Shown piece by piece: positions 26,201-34,900 of a stretch of DNA of 64,000 nucleotides; position 1 is the stretch's first letter; each line of letters begins with the position of its first letter. The notes under the pieces are model-generated. The model had not been told where the DNA came from and searched no databases. It was given only the letters and a program-made list of their open reading frames with translations. Source of the stretch: Chitinophaga pinensis (GTDB taxonomy: Bacteria > Bacteroidota > Bacteroidia > UKL13-3); contig CAMBSD010000017.1 in assembly GCA_945870425.1 (NCBI GenBank), positions 8,884 through 72,883 of the forward strand. Reading direction: 5' to 3'. The translations under genes and the position numbers were made by a program.

Positions 26201-28850
26201 TTGGTAATAATCTTCCTAAAGAATCGAAATCGCAAACAAAACGACCCACATATTTCCATTCAGCAGTTGTATTTAAAATAGCTAATGGCTCGTTGTCGTT
26301 GTTTACAGTTAAAATTGGATACGTATCAGCCACTGGAATGCCTGCTCTTAATCTGTCATTGCCATCAGCACATAATGAATGTGAACCACCAGCAATAATA
26401 ATATCAACACCTTTTAATAAGGGAGCCAAAGCTTTTTCGTTAGCCAATTGTTGTAAATGACTCATAACAATAATTTTGTTGATTCCCATTGTTCTTAAAG
26501 AATCAATAACTGGTTGTAATACTGCAGCTAAAGCAGGCATATCATTTACGTTAGCACCAATTACTGTAGTAGCACCTGGAGATGAAATAGAAGCTAATAC
26601 TTGCGTAGTAGCACCAACAATACCTACTCTTTCGCCATTCATTGCAATAATAGCTGAAGGTGCAATACCTTTCTTTTGGCTGTTTGCAGTAATGTTTACA
26701 GGAGTTTTAAAACTATCAACAAGCAAACGTTGGTTAGTAGTTAAGTAACTTAAATTAATATCGTTTGCAAAGTTTAAGTTAGCACTTAAATATGGAAATT
26801 GAGCACCAATCCAACGTTTATCAGCACCATTACTTCTAATATCAACACCTATGATACTATTTACCTCAGGAGTTCCTAAATCAAACTCGTGGTTACCAAA
26901 AGCCGAACCCTGGAAACCCATAATATTCATCATAGCAATATCTGTTCTACCAATGGCTGGTCTGATTGATTGTGTTCCTGCATAATAACTGCTAGCCGTA
27001 TTACGTAAAGGAGTTTGCATACTAGCATCTTCACCAGCGCTTAAAAACGGACTAGGAATATAACAATCACCAGAAGCTAACTTTACAGTATTAGGGTAAG
27101 TACCTTCTAAAGTATCTAATACAGCAGCAAAGTTTGGTGCATCTATGGGAGCATCAATTCCGCTTTCCATATCCGAAGCGTGTAATACTTGCATTTGGAA
27201 TGCACTACGAGAGTTTACTTGAAATACAGCAACTGTTCCACTTACTTCATTAGATAATAAAATCAAATCTTTTCCATTTGGACTTTCATTACGTGGTATG
27301 AATACAATTCCCTCTGGACCTAAGTCACCAACTGTAGCCAAATTAGCTTGACTTGGACTAACAGCAAAATTTCTTGTATTTATGTATTGCACAAAATATG
27401 GGCTATTTGGATTTGTGATATTGTAAATCATAATACCACCAATTCTTTCTAATGCTACAAAAGCATAAGTACTGTCTAATATTTTACCGATAGTTACTGA
27501 CTCTGGTTCAGGACCTTTGTTATCACTCCTATTATCTAATGCATTAGAAGAATGATTTGCATTAAAGTTTGAAGGATAAGCAGCTAAAGTTTTTCTTTCA
27601 AACTCATCTTTACTATCCCAAACTAATGAACCAGTTGAACCATTCCAAATAGAAAACGAACGACCACCAAATGCAAAAATGGTATCGAATAAACCGTCAG
27701 CATTATTATCACCAAATAATTTAGTAACAGTTAATCTTCCAATTCCTGTATTTGCTTTTAAGGCTGTTACCCTAGCTGCACCTCCAAAATTAGTTGGATC
27801 TAAATTATATGAACCAGAACCAACTGAAGTTTCTTCATTGTTAGCTGCACCCCAATCTGCTCTTGCATCACCTTCATTAGCGGTAACAAAATAAGTTTGG
27901 TTTCCAACTTTATAAGAAGAAATACCATCAGGTAAATACATTCCTAAAACTGGGAAAGTATCAATTTTGGCTAAAGCCGCATTTGAAGCACCATCTCTAT
28001 CAGAACCATCAAAAGCATTTTCCAATAAAGCATGATTTTTATAACCTAAAGGCAATAAAGATGTAATAGTAGCTGTATTTATATCTACAACAGCAACACA
28101 ATTGTTTTCTTGACAAGTTACCCATGCAGTATTGTTATCATCAGAGATACTTATGTATTCTGGTTCCAAATCTTCTGCAACAGTTGAGTTCCTTAAAAAT
28201 GATCCACCTGATTGAATTTTTCCGAAAATACGAATTTTTGAGTCAATTACAGTAGGAGCATTAAATGCAGTAAAACCAGCAGTTTGCACATTAGATTGAG
28301 TTAATCCAGCAAAACCACCTGAAACATCAATAATTGAAACCGAACCTTCTGGATCGATGGTGTAACCATTGTTTGGCTCACCTTCGTTAGCTACTAAAAC
28401 TTTGTTTCCATTTGGTGTGAAAACCACATTGTCGGCATTAGCACCCACTTTTACTTTACTAATAAAGTTTCCATTGATGTCTAAAAATACGATGCTACTT
28501 GCGTTTGTTTTACCATTCGAATCTAAAATGGCAGCAGCAATAATTCCTTTTTTGTTACAAGCTACCGAAGTAATGTCACTTCCATAAGGAGCCATTGAAA
28601 TAGAACTAATTTGAGCTGGGCTAGCAGGATTAGCCATGTTTACAATCCTCAAAGAATTGTCTGGACCGTTTGTAACAAACATTCTTTTTGAACTTGGGTC
28701 GTAAGCCGAAATTTCAGCTACTCCTCCATCTTGGTTGTAAGTTCCTATGGAGTACCTTCCAAGGAGTTGCGCATTGATTTGCGCTTTAATTTGTGAACCT
28801 ACAGATAATAAAAGCAGGGCACATAAAAATTTGTAAATTGTTTTTTTCAT
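23283..28850 (-). CDS. Giant secreted multi-domain phosphoesterase: beta-propeller N-domain, 5'-nucleotidase/metallophosphoesterase, phytase-like domain, novel dockerin-like C-terminal module
   Basis: 1855 aa. Signal peptide MKKTIYKFLCALLLLSVGSQIKAQ. Metallophosphatase motifs LHASDMES and GNHEFDLG. Phytase-like region. C-terminal ...[15 protein letters not shown]...[14 protein letters not shown]... with no canonical T9SS CTD. Confidence 0.8.
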   Translation of the reverse strand: MKKTIYKFLCALLLLSVGSQIKAQINAQLLGRYSIGTYNQDGGVAEISAYDPSSKRMFVTNGPDNSLRIVNMANPASPAQISSISMAPYGSDITSVACNKKGIIAAAILDSNGKTNASSIVFLDINGNFISKVKVGANADNVVFTPNGNKVLVANEGEPNNGYTIDPEGSVSIIDVSGGFAGLTQSNVQTAGFTAFNAPTVIDSKIRIFGKIQSGGSFLRNSTVAEDLEPEYISISDDNNTAWVTCQENNCVAVVDINTATITSLLPLGYKNHALLENAFDGSDRDGASNAALAKIDTFPVLGMYLPDGISSYKVGNQTYFVTANEGDARADWGAANNEETSVGSGSYNLDPTNFGGAARVTALKANTGIGRLTVTKLFGDNNADGLFDTIFAFGGRSFSIWNGSTGSLVWDSKDEFERKTLAAYPSNFNANHSSNALDNRSDNKGPEPESVTIGKILDSTYAFVALERIGGIMIYNITNPNSPYFVQYINTRNFAVSPSQANLATVGDLGPEGIVFIPRNESPNGKDLILLSNEVSGTVAVFQVNSRSAFQMQVLHASDMESGIDAPIDAPNFAAVLDTLEGTYPNTVKLASGDCYIPSPFLSAGEDASMQTPLRNTASSYYAGTQSIRPAIGRTDIAMMNIMGFQGSAFGNHEFDLGTPEVNSIIGVDIRSNGADKRWIGAQFPYLSANLNFANDINLSYLTTNQRLLVDSFKTPVNITANSQKKGIAPSAIIAMNGERVGIVGATTQVLASISSPGATTVIGANVNDMPALAAVLQPVIDSLRTMGINKIIVMSHLQQLANEKALAPLLKGVDIIIAGGSHSLCADGNDRLRAGIPVADTYPILTVNNDNEPLAILNTTAEWKYVGRFVCDFDSLGRLLPNFLDSTINGAYAADTAMVTTLYGTYTAGFTNGSKGANVRTLTSQIATVINNKDGNKFGKTNVFLEGRRNFVRTEETNFGNLTADANLWYAKLADSGVKVSIKNGGGIRSAIGNINAVGNTTILENTLANPSAGKAKGDISQLDIENSLRFNNGLVVARTNAAGLKRILEHGISATTAGATPGQFPQVGGVMFSYNVNLSAGNRIRSMVLVDSLGNRLDTIVKNGALVGDTSRIIKFVTLDFLFTGGDNYPFPANATNRVNLDTAIKSTGIATFSTTGKEQDAFAEYMGNFYTSTPYNLRDTSIKGDIRIQSLSNRLDAVIVPNAGANSSQSPYLLPVASGVTTTAILTAGDKVGNYMMAGTPDGTGAYDNGNGTFTFLVSHEFGNTLGVNRAHGAKGAFVSKWVINKSDLSVVSGSDLIQKVNLWNGTGYTLYNPADTASKKAFNRFCSSDLPPVSAFYNATSGLGTQERIFMNGEEAGAEGRAFGHIVTGANAGTTYELPYLGKFSWENSIASPVAQNKTIVVGTDDATPGQVYFYIGTKTNTGTEIEKAGLSNGRLYGVAVTGLTTEVSASIPGANTAFTMVDLGIVRDSSGAALNTKSNALGVTNFLRPEDGHWDPSNPNDFYFVTTNSFTAPSRLWRLRLSDINTPESGGTITAVLDGTEGPKMMDNMTIDNYGHVLLQEDVGNNVHLGKIWQYTTATDELKLIATHDSTRFINGAANYLTQDEEASGIIDMQSILGAGMFLMVDQAHYGVGGEQVEGGQILSMYNPDTYNSFLTSGTTLNLTAFLQGLNIGNGNMIASPKAATVSGLSNIADTIVVELHSSITPFNSIYTCKSVINIEGNGNFQFPSSIIGNSYYVVVKHRNSIETWSANPITFSSNNVSYNFTTSASKAFGNNLVDNGSGIFMIYTGDINQDGSVDFNDYPALDISSNIGDLGYFVTDLNGDASVDFNDYPILDSNSSLGVLTIKP

Positions 28851-29119
28851 TATTCTTAAGAAATTAGTGCGACAAAGAAACCTAAATCGTATTAACGAAT
28901 CGCACTCTTGAGATTAACAAATAATCACGAAATATTAAATTGGCGTTTAAGAAAATGTAAAGAATGTTAATTTAAGATTAATTAAACAAATCAAGAATGC
29001 CTCTCATAAAGTTTTTTGTGAATAAAATTAGAGAAACATAAAGTTAATAAAATAAGGCTTTAGCTTGTAACTATGCGTCCGCAAAATAAGAATGTTAACT
29101 TAATATCATATAGAATTTC

Positions 29120-29162
29120 AACAAAAACAAAGCCCGTTTAACTTGCGTTAAACGGGCTTTTG
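29120..29162 (-). terminator. Rho-independent terminator downstream of the small GG-tail gene
   Basis: aaagcccgtttaac-ttgcg-ttaaacgggcttt hairpin. T-run on the minus strand (gtttttgt). Confidence 0.65.
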
Positions 29163-29191
29163 TCTTATGTTTTTGATTGATAATCTTTCGA

Positions 29192-29389
29192 TTATTTTTT
29201 GTTTCTCTCTTTTAGCTTTTTGATACCGTATCCGATACCTGCTACTGCTAAAATCGACAAGCCACCATCTACGGGTACATCGATTGGATCATCGCCAAAT
29301 CCTCCTCCGCCTCCACCTGGTTGTGCTTGTGCTGCTACAGCTAACATCAACATGATGGCTGCACTTAGTATGTTTCTTGCTGTTTTCAT
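29192..29389 (-). CDS. Tiny secreted protein: signal peptide, Gly6, acidic motif, then GG-hydrophobic helix-basic tail (sortase-substrate-like C-terminal signal)
   Basis: MKTARNILSAAIMLMLAVAAQAQ | PGGGGGGFGDDPIDVPVDGG LSILAVAGIGYGI KKLKERNKK. Own terminator downstream. Confidence 0.5.
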   Translation of the reverse strand: MKTARNILSAAIMLMLAVAAQAQPGGGGGGFGDDPIDVPVDGGLSILAVAGIGYGIKKLKERNKK

Positions 29390-29442
29390 ATTCGTTTTGT
29401 TTTTGTTATTTTTTGTTGTTGTTACTATTTTTTGTTTTTAGC

Positions 29443-31887
29443 TTATTTCACAAATTTAACTGTGTTTACAAAGCCTGTTTCCATGTTGCTTACTCTTACG
29501 AAGTAAACACCACTGCTCAATTTCTGTATGTCTAAGCTCTTTTTGTTACCCATCATGTTGTTGTTCATCACTTCTACACCTGATACGCTGAAGATTGATA
29601 CTTCTGATTGTTTGAAGTTTGCATTGGTAATCTCTACGTTCAATACATCTACTGCTGGGTTTGGATATACAGTCATATTTGCTGTTCTACCTGCCAATAC
29701 GCTTTCGATTGAGCTGGTTTTGTTTACAAATATTAACTCTAATCTACCATCCATAGTTGATGCTGGTTTTGAATCTACTGTGAATGCATATTTGTTGTTT
29801 TGACGTAAGTCTGTGATGGTATTGCTGTAATTATCTTTCAAATAGATATTGATGTTGGCATCAAATCCGTCTACTTGATTGAAGTTTAGGTCATACGTTC
29901 CTTCTTCTGCTACTGATGCGCCTAATGGAATTACTTTTGCATCCATGCTCTTTGTATTCATATAGTTTACAATCGCATATTTGTCTGTGCCAAAGTATGA
30001 GCTAATGTTTACACTTGGGTTCATCATTGGTTTTGCAACATCATCTGAATAGTTAAATTCATCTGATTTGTTATCCATAAAACGTACTACTGCTTCATCG
30101 CTTTCTGTTGCATCTTTTACTAAAGTCATTCTTAATGAATTTCTTTCTGCTGCTTTAAACATGTTCGATGGCGTATTGCTTACTTTTACTGATTCGCCTG
30201 CGCTTAATGCTGGTGATGAACCTGTAGCTTGTACAAAGAATGCTTGTCCGCTTGCTAAGTAACGAGTTACACTGTTTGTTGGTGTTGTTCCATCAAATGA
30301 TCCATATGAATTTGTGATTGGGTTCCAAACCCAAATAGTTCCTCCTACATTGGTTTTTGTCCATCCTGTAGAAGCGCTCCAATCAATTGGAGATGGGTAA
30401 GGATTTCCTACCAAGTTCCAACCATTACCTAAACTTGCATTGTAAGTTACTGGCATGCTCACTGGGCTTGATGGATTGCTTCCGCTTACCCATAAAGTAG
30501 TTGCGTTATTGGTTGTATTTACTGTAGTTAATGATATGCTTCTATCGCCTCTCACAAACACACGGTAACCTCTACCATTTGCTAAAGCTGAATTTCCATC
30601 AATAGCTTCCCATTTAGCGTTGATGTTGCTTCCACCTACTGCTGATGATTCGTTATATCCATAGGCTGATGATGAATTATTTGATGATGCATCTACAGTT
30701 CCTGTTGCACCTGTGATGTGAGTTCCGATACCTGAAGTACTTCCTGCATTGTCTCTCCATTGTAGAGTTGTTCCTCCTGATACTGGTGAGGCTAAGAATC
30801 TCCATCTACGTCCGTTTGCTGGAATATAACGCTCTGCGGTGATGGTTCCTGTTACTGCTGAACCTGAACTTAATTGATCGATTCTTGCTGTTCCTGCTGC
30901 TGTTGATTTTAATGTCAAACCATTTGTTGCTAAAATAGCTGTTCCTGTTTGGCTTACTGCGCCTGTTACTACTGCTGGCATGCTTAATGTTTTTGTTCCA
31001 CTTGATGCAAATCCTAAGTTTGTAACTGACAATGATGACAATGAACCTCCTACTGTTTGGCTACCTGAGCCTGTTAAGTTTAATGTGGCTGAGCTACTTG
31101 TGAATGTTCCATCTACTGTCATATCTCCACCTACGCTCAATGTATTTGAACCTAAATCGTGGCTTGTGCCTGACAATGATTTGTATGCTCTGCAAGACAA
31201 GTTACCTGATTGAGTTAATGTTCCTGCTGCAAAAATATTTACATCTTGACTTGAAGTTGGAGCTGCTGTACTTACTGATCCTGCTGTTCTTGAACCTGTA
31301 TTCCATGCACTGCCTGTCCAATAGGTTGGTGTATAACAAAATGCTTGGTTGGCTAGTACTGCTGCTGTTCCTGTATTTGATACTACTGAAACGTTGGCTC
31401 CTCCATTGTCATAGTTAAATCCTGCTGCTGGAGCTGCGTTGAATTTCCATGCAAAGTTTGGTGTTGATGTGGTTGAGTAATCTACTGTGTTTGTTAAAGT
31501 GATGGTGAAACATTTTACGCGTGATCCTGCTGGAATACTTGTTCCTGTTCCACTTCCTACTGAAGTGATAATCTTTCTGAAATAAGCTGGGGCGGTTGCT
31601 GAAAAACTCGCTGTACTTGCTCGTTGGCCTGCTACCAAACCGCTTGATGGTGTTGCTACCGTTAAGGTTCCGCCACTCGTCCATGCTGTGTTTACTAAGA
31701 AGGCTATCGTGCCTCCTCGTAGCTCAAATGAACTTGCTCCTGTGTTGTACAAGTATACATCTAAACTGTATACCTTTGAGCTTACTAATTGCTCATTCTC
31801 TAACCTCCACTCAAAGGTTGGTAGCTGCGCATATAATGTCGCGCCTAGCGTCATTAATAATGCAATTGTGGTAATGATTCTTTTCAT
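29443..31887 (-). CDS. Ser/Thr/Gly-rich secreted surface protein with a T9SS type-A C-terminal sorting domain
   Basis: 814 aa. Signal peptide. C-terminus VYPNPAVDVLNVEI...LSSGVYFVRV...VKFVK matches the Por secretion CTD pattern. Confidence 0.8.
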   Translation of the reverse strand: MKRIITTIALLMTLGATLYAQLPTFEWRLENEQLVSSKVYSLDVYLYNTGASSFELRGGTIAFLVNTAWTSGGTLTVATPSSGLVAGQRASTASFSATAPAYFRKIITSVGSGTGTSIPAGSRVKCFTITLTNTVDYSTTSTPNFAWKFNAAPAAGFNYDNGGANVSVVSNTGTAAVLANQAFCYTPTYWTGSAWNTGSRTAGSVSTAAPTSSQDVNIFAAGTLTQSGNLSCRAYKSLSGTSHDLGSNTLSVGGDMTVDGTFTSSSATLNLTGSGSQTVGGSLSSLSVTNLGFASSGTKTLSMPAVVTGAVSQTGTAILATNGLTLKSTAAGTARIDQLSSGSAVTGTITAERYIPANGRRWRFLASPVSGGTTLQWRDNAGSTSGIGTHITGATGTVDASSNNSSSAYGYNESSAVGGSNINAKWEAIDGNSALANGRGYRVFVRGDRSISLTTVNTTNNATTLWVSGSNPSSPVSMPVTYNASLGNGWNLVGNPYPSPIDWSASTGWTKTNVGGTIWVWNPITNSYGSFDGTTPTNSVTRYLASGQAFFVQATGSSPALSAGESVKVSNTPSNMFKAAERNSLRMTLVKDATESDEAVVRFMDNKSDEFNYSDDVAKPMMNPSVNISSYFGTDKYAIVNYMNTKSMDAKVIPLGASVAEEGTYDLNFNQVDGFDANINIYLKDNYSNTITDLRQNNKYAFTVDSKPASTMDGRLELIFVNKTSSIESVLAGRTANMTVYPNPAVDVLNVEITNANFKQSEVSIFSVSGVEVMNNNMMGNKKSLDIQKLSSGVYFVRVSNMETGFVNTVKFVK

Positions 31888-31969
31888 GTTTTTTAACTTT
31901 TAATTAATTGAATTAACTTAAAAATCAATCACATTACTAGTAATACCAATAATGTGATTGATTATTTAT

Positions 31970-34900
31970 TTATGGTGTCATTGTCAATGTTCCAAGATTA
32001 CTGTTGATATCTAACAATGGATAATCACTAAAATCAACAGAGGCATCGCCATTTAAGTCGGTTACATAATATCCTAAATCTCCATTGTTACTGCTAATAT
32101 CTAAATCAGGATAATCATTAAAGTCAACCGAACCATCTTGGTTGATATCTCCAGTATACATAATGAATACACCATTTCCATCATCAGCCATATTGCTTCC
32201 AAAAGCTTTACTTGCTGCATTTGAGAAATCATAATTATTTGTTTGACCTAATACAATTGGATTTGCTGACCAAGTGGTTATTGAGTTTCTATGTTTGATT
32301 ACTACAAAATAAGCATTACCCATCAAGGTTCCTGAGAAACTGCTTGAAACCATACCTGAAGTAGAAACAGATGATTTGTTAGTAGCAATTAAAGTATGGC
32401 TGCTGGTGGTATCATGCAATTCAATTGTTATGGTATCTGCTATAGTGCTTGGGCTAATTCCATCTGCACTAAATGGGGCAGCTATCATTGCGCCATTGCC
32501 CAGGTATAAGCCTTGTAAATATAATTTCAAGTTTAATTGTGCCGAAGCTGCAATTACATTAAGAGTTAAAGTAGCCGCACTATCACAACCTGCTGCATTG
32601 GTTAAATGTGCAGTTTGTGTTCCTGCTGCATTAAAGGTTAAACCGTTCCAATTGTAAGGCAACTGGTTTGAGTATATAGTTACGTTATTACTTGATGTGG
32701 TTGGTGTGCAAACTGAAACTACAGTTATATTAACAATGGCGTTGTTAGTACCACCACAATTATTTGCAGTAACGGTATAGTTTGTTGCAACCGAAGCAAC
32801 AGTTGGCGTGCCACTAATAACACCTGTAGTAGTGTTTAAACTTAAACCTGCTGGTAAGCTAGGGGTTACGCTATAACTACTTACCGCTCCACCGCTCATA
32901 TCAATTTTATAAACTTCAGAGTTATCGTCATCAGCCACATACACATTACCTGCTGCATCTAATGCAACACCCCTAGGTGCACTAAAACCAGAACCGATAC
33001 TGCTAATATTTCCGTTTGGAGCAACCACTTTGATAACACCATTTGAATTTGCACCATCAGCCACATAAACATTATCATTAGCATCTACAGCAATAGAACT
33101 CATATCATCAAAGCCTGTGGCTAAAACAGATATAGCGCCATTGGTAGTCATCTTTTTTAATACTCCTCCGAAACCAGTACCAGAATAATCTCCTACATAA
33201 ATATTACCTGTTGCATCTACAGCTATGGCTTCTGGATAAACAAATCCTGAACCTATAACTGTTATAATTCCACTGGTATTTATTTTTTTAACTTTATTAT
33301 TAAAGTTATCTGTTACATAAATATTACCTGCAGCATCAACTGCAACAGCCCTTGGGTTATTAAAACCAGTATAGGTATTTAACAAATTACCATTTGGCGA
33401 AATTTTTAATACTTTATTGTAGTATTGATTTGTAACATATACATTACCTGCTTTATCGGTAGCAAGGCCTCTTGCTTTTTCTATACCTGTGCTATAAAAA
33501 GTGGTTTCATTACCATTTTTATCTATTTTTTTAATTACGTCGTTGTCATAGTCAGAAACAAACACATTGCCTGCAGTGTCTACGGCAACACCATAAGGAT
33601 CGTAACCTGATGTAATTGTAGAAACATTGCTTGGGCTTAGTGGCGTTATGCTGCTATTTTGTGTGAATACATTAGGTGTATTATAGCTAAAAGCATTAGG
33701 TGCTTGTGTAACGGTTAAATTTAATGTTACCACACTATCGCAACCTGCTGCATTCGTTAATAATATTGTATCTGTGTTATTACTTGCAGTATATACTTTA
33801 TTGCCTTTGGCTACCCAAGTGTAGCTGCCACAAGCAGTATCCGTGAAAATTGACACCGTTGGTGTGCAAACAACACAACTAGATAATTGCATAGGGCTGG
33901 TTTTATTGCCAGCAGTACCAATACCTAATGCTGCTCCCGCGAAATTAGCCCCCCAAACCCATAAACTGCCATCGGTTTTAATGGCTAGGCTATGATCATA
34001 ACCTGCACTAATGCTTGCCCAATTGGTGGCAGTGCCTATTTGCACGGGGGTGTGTCTACCGGTAGTAGTTCCATCGCCCAATTGCCCTTGATAATTTACA
34101 CCCCAAGCCCATAAACTGCCATCAGTTTTTTTTGCCGTGGTATAATACCCACCTGCACTAGTGCTAGCCCAATTTGTTGCAGTGGTTATTTGCACAGGGC
34201 TGTGTCTATCGGTAGTAGTTCCATCGCCCAATTGTCCATCAGTATTTAATCCCCAAGCCCATAATGTGCCATCGTTTTTAACGGCAACATTGTGCATTCC
34301 ACCTGCATCAACGCTTTTCCAATTGGTGGCAGTGCCAATTTGCACAGGGCTGTTTCTTTGGGTAGTAGTTCCATCGCCCAATTGCCCAAATCCATTATAG
34401 CCCCAAGCCCATAATGTGCCATCGGTTTTTGTGGCTACGGTACTACTATATCCTACACTAATGCTTTTCCAATCGGTCGCAGTGCCTATTTGCACAGGGC
34501 TGTTTCTTTGGGTAGTGGTTCCATCACCCAATTGTCCGTTTAAATTTTTACCCCAAGCCCATAATGTGCCATCGGTTTTAAGGGCCATGGTATGTTCAGA
34601 AATACCACAAATAATTGTTTTCCAATTGGTGGCAGTGCCTATTTGCACTGGGCTGTTTCTTAGGGTAGTGGTTCCATCACCCAATTGTCCGTTAAAATTT
34701 TTACCCCAAGCCCATAATGTGCCATCATTTTTTATGGCCATGCTATAATCATTCCCACCCACAACGGTTTTCCAATTCCAATTGGTGGCTGTGCCTATTT
34801 TCACAGGGCTGTTTCTGGTGGTTTGAGTGCCATCTCCCAATTGTCCCCAATTATTATAACCCCAAGCCCATAAACTGCTATCAGTTTTTATGACAATGCT

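Noticed and set aside
25801-28587. Multiple 70-110-aa plus-strand ORFs inside the 1855-aa gene
   Set aside because: Low-complexity antisense frames of a Gly/Ala/Thr-rich coding region.
29199-29441. 80-aa plus-strand ORF with a poly-Pro run overlapping the small GG-tail gene
   Set aside because: Antisense of the GGN-repeat. The minus-strand reading has a signal peptide, terminator and sensible architecture.
34161-34748. Plus-strand ORFs (79 and 110 aa) with repeated [21 protein letters not shown]
   Set aside because: Antisense shadow of the RCC1 tandem repeats in the 1965-aa minus-strand gene. The repetition comes from the sense-strand repeats.
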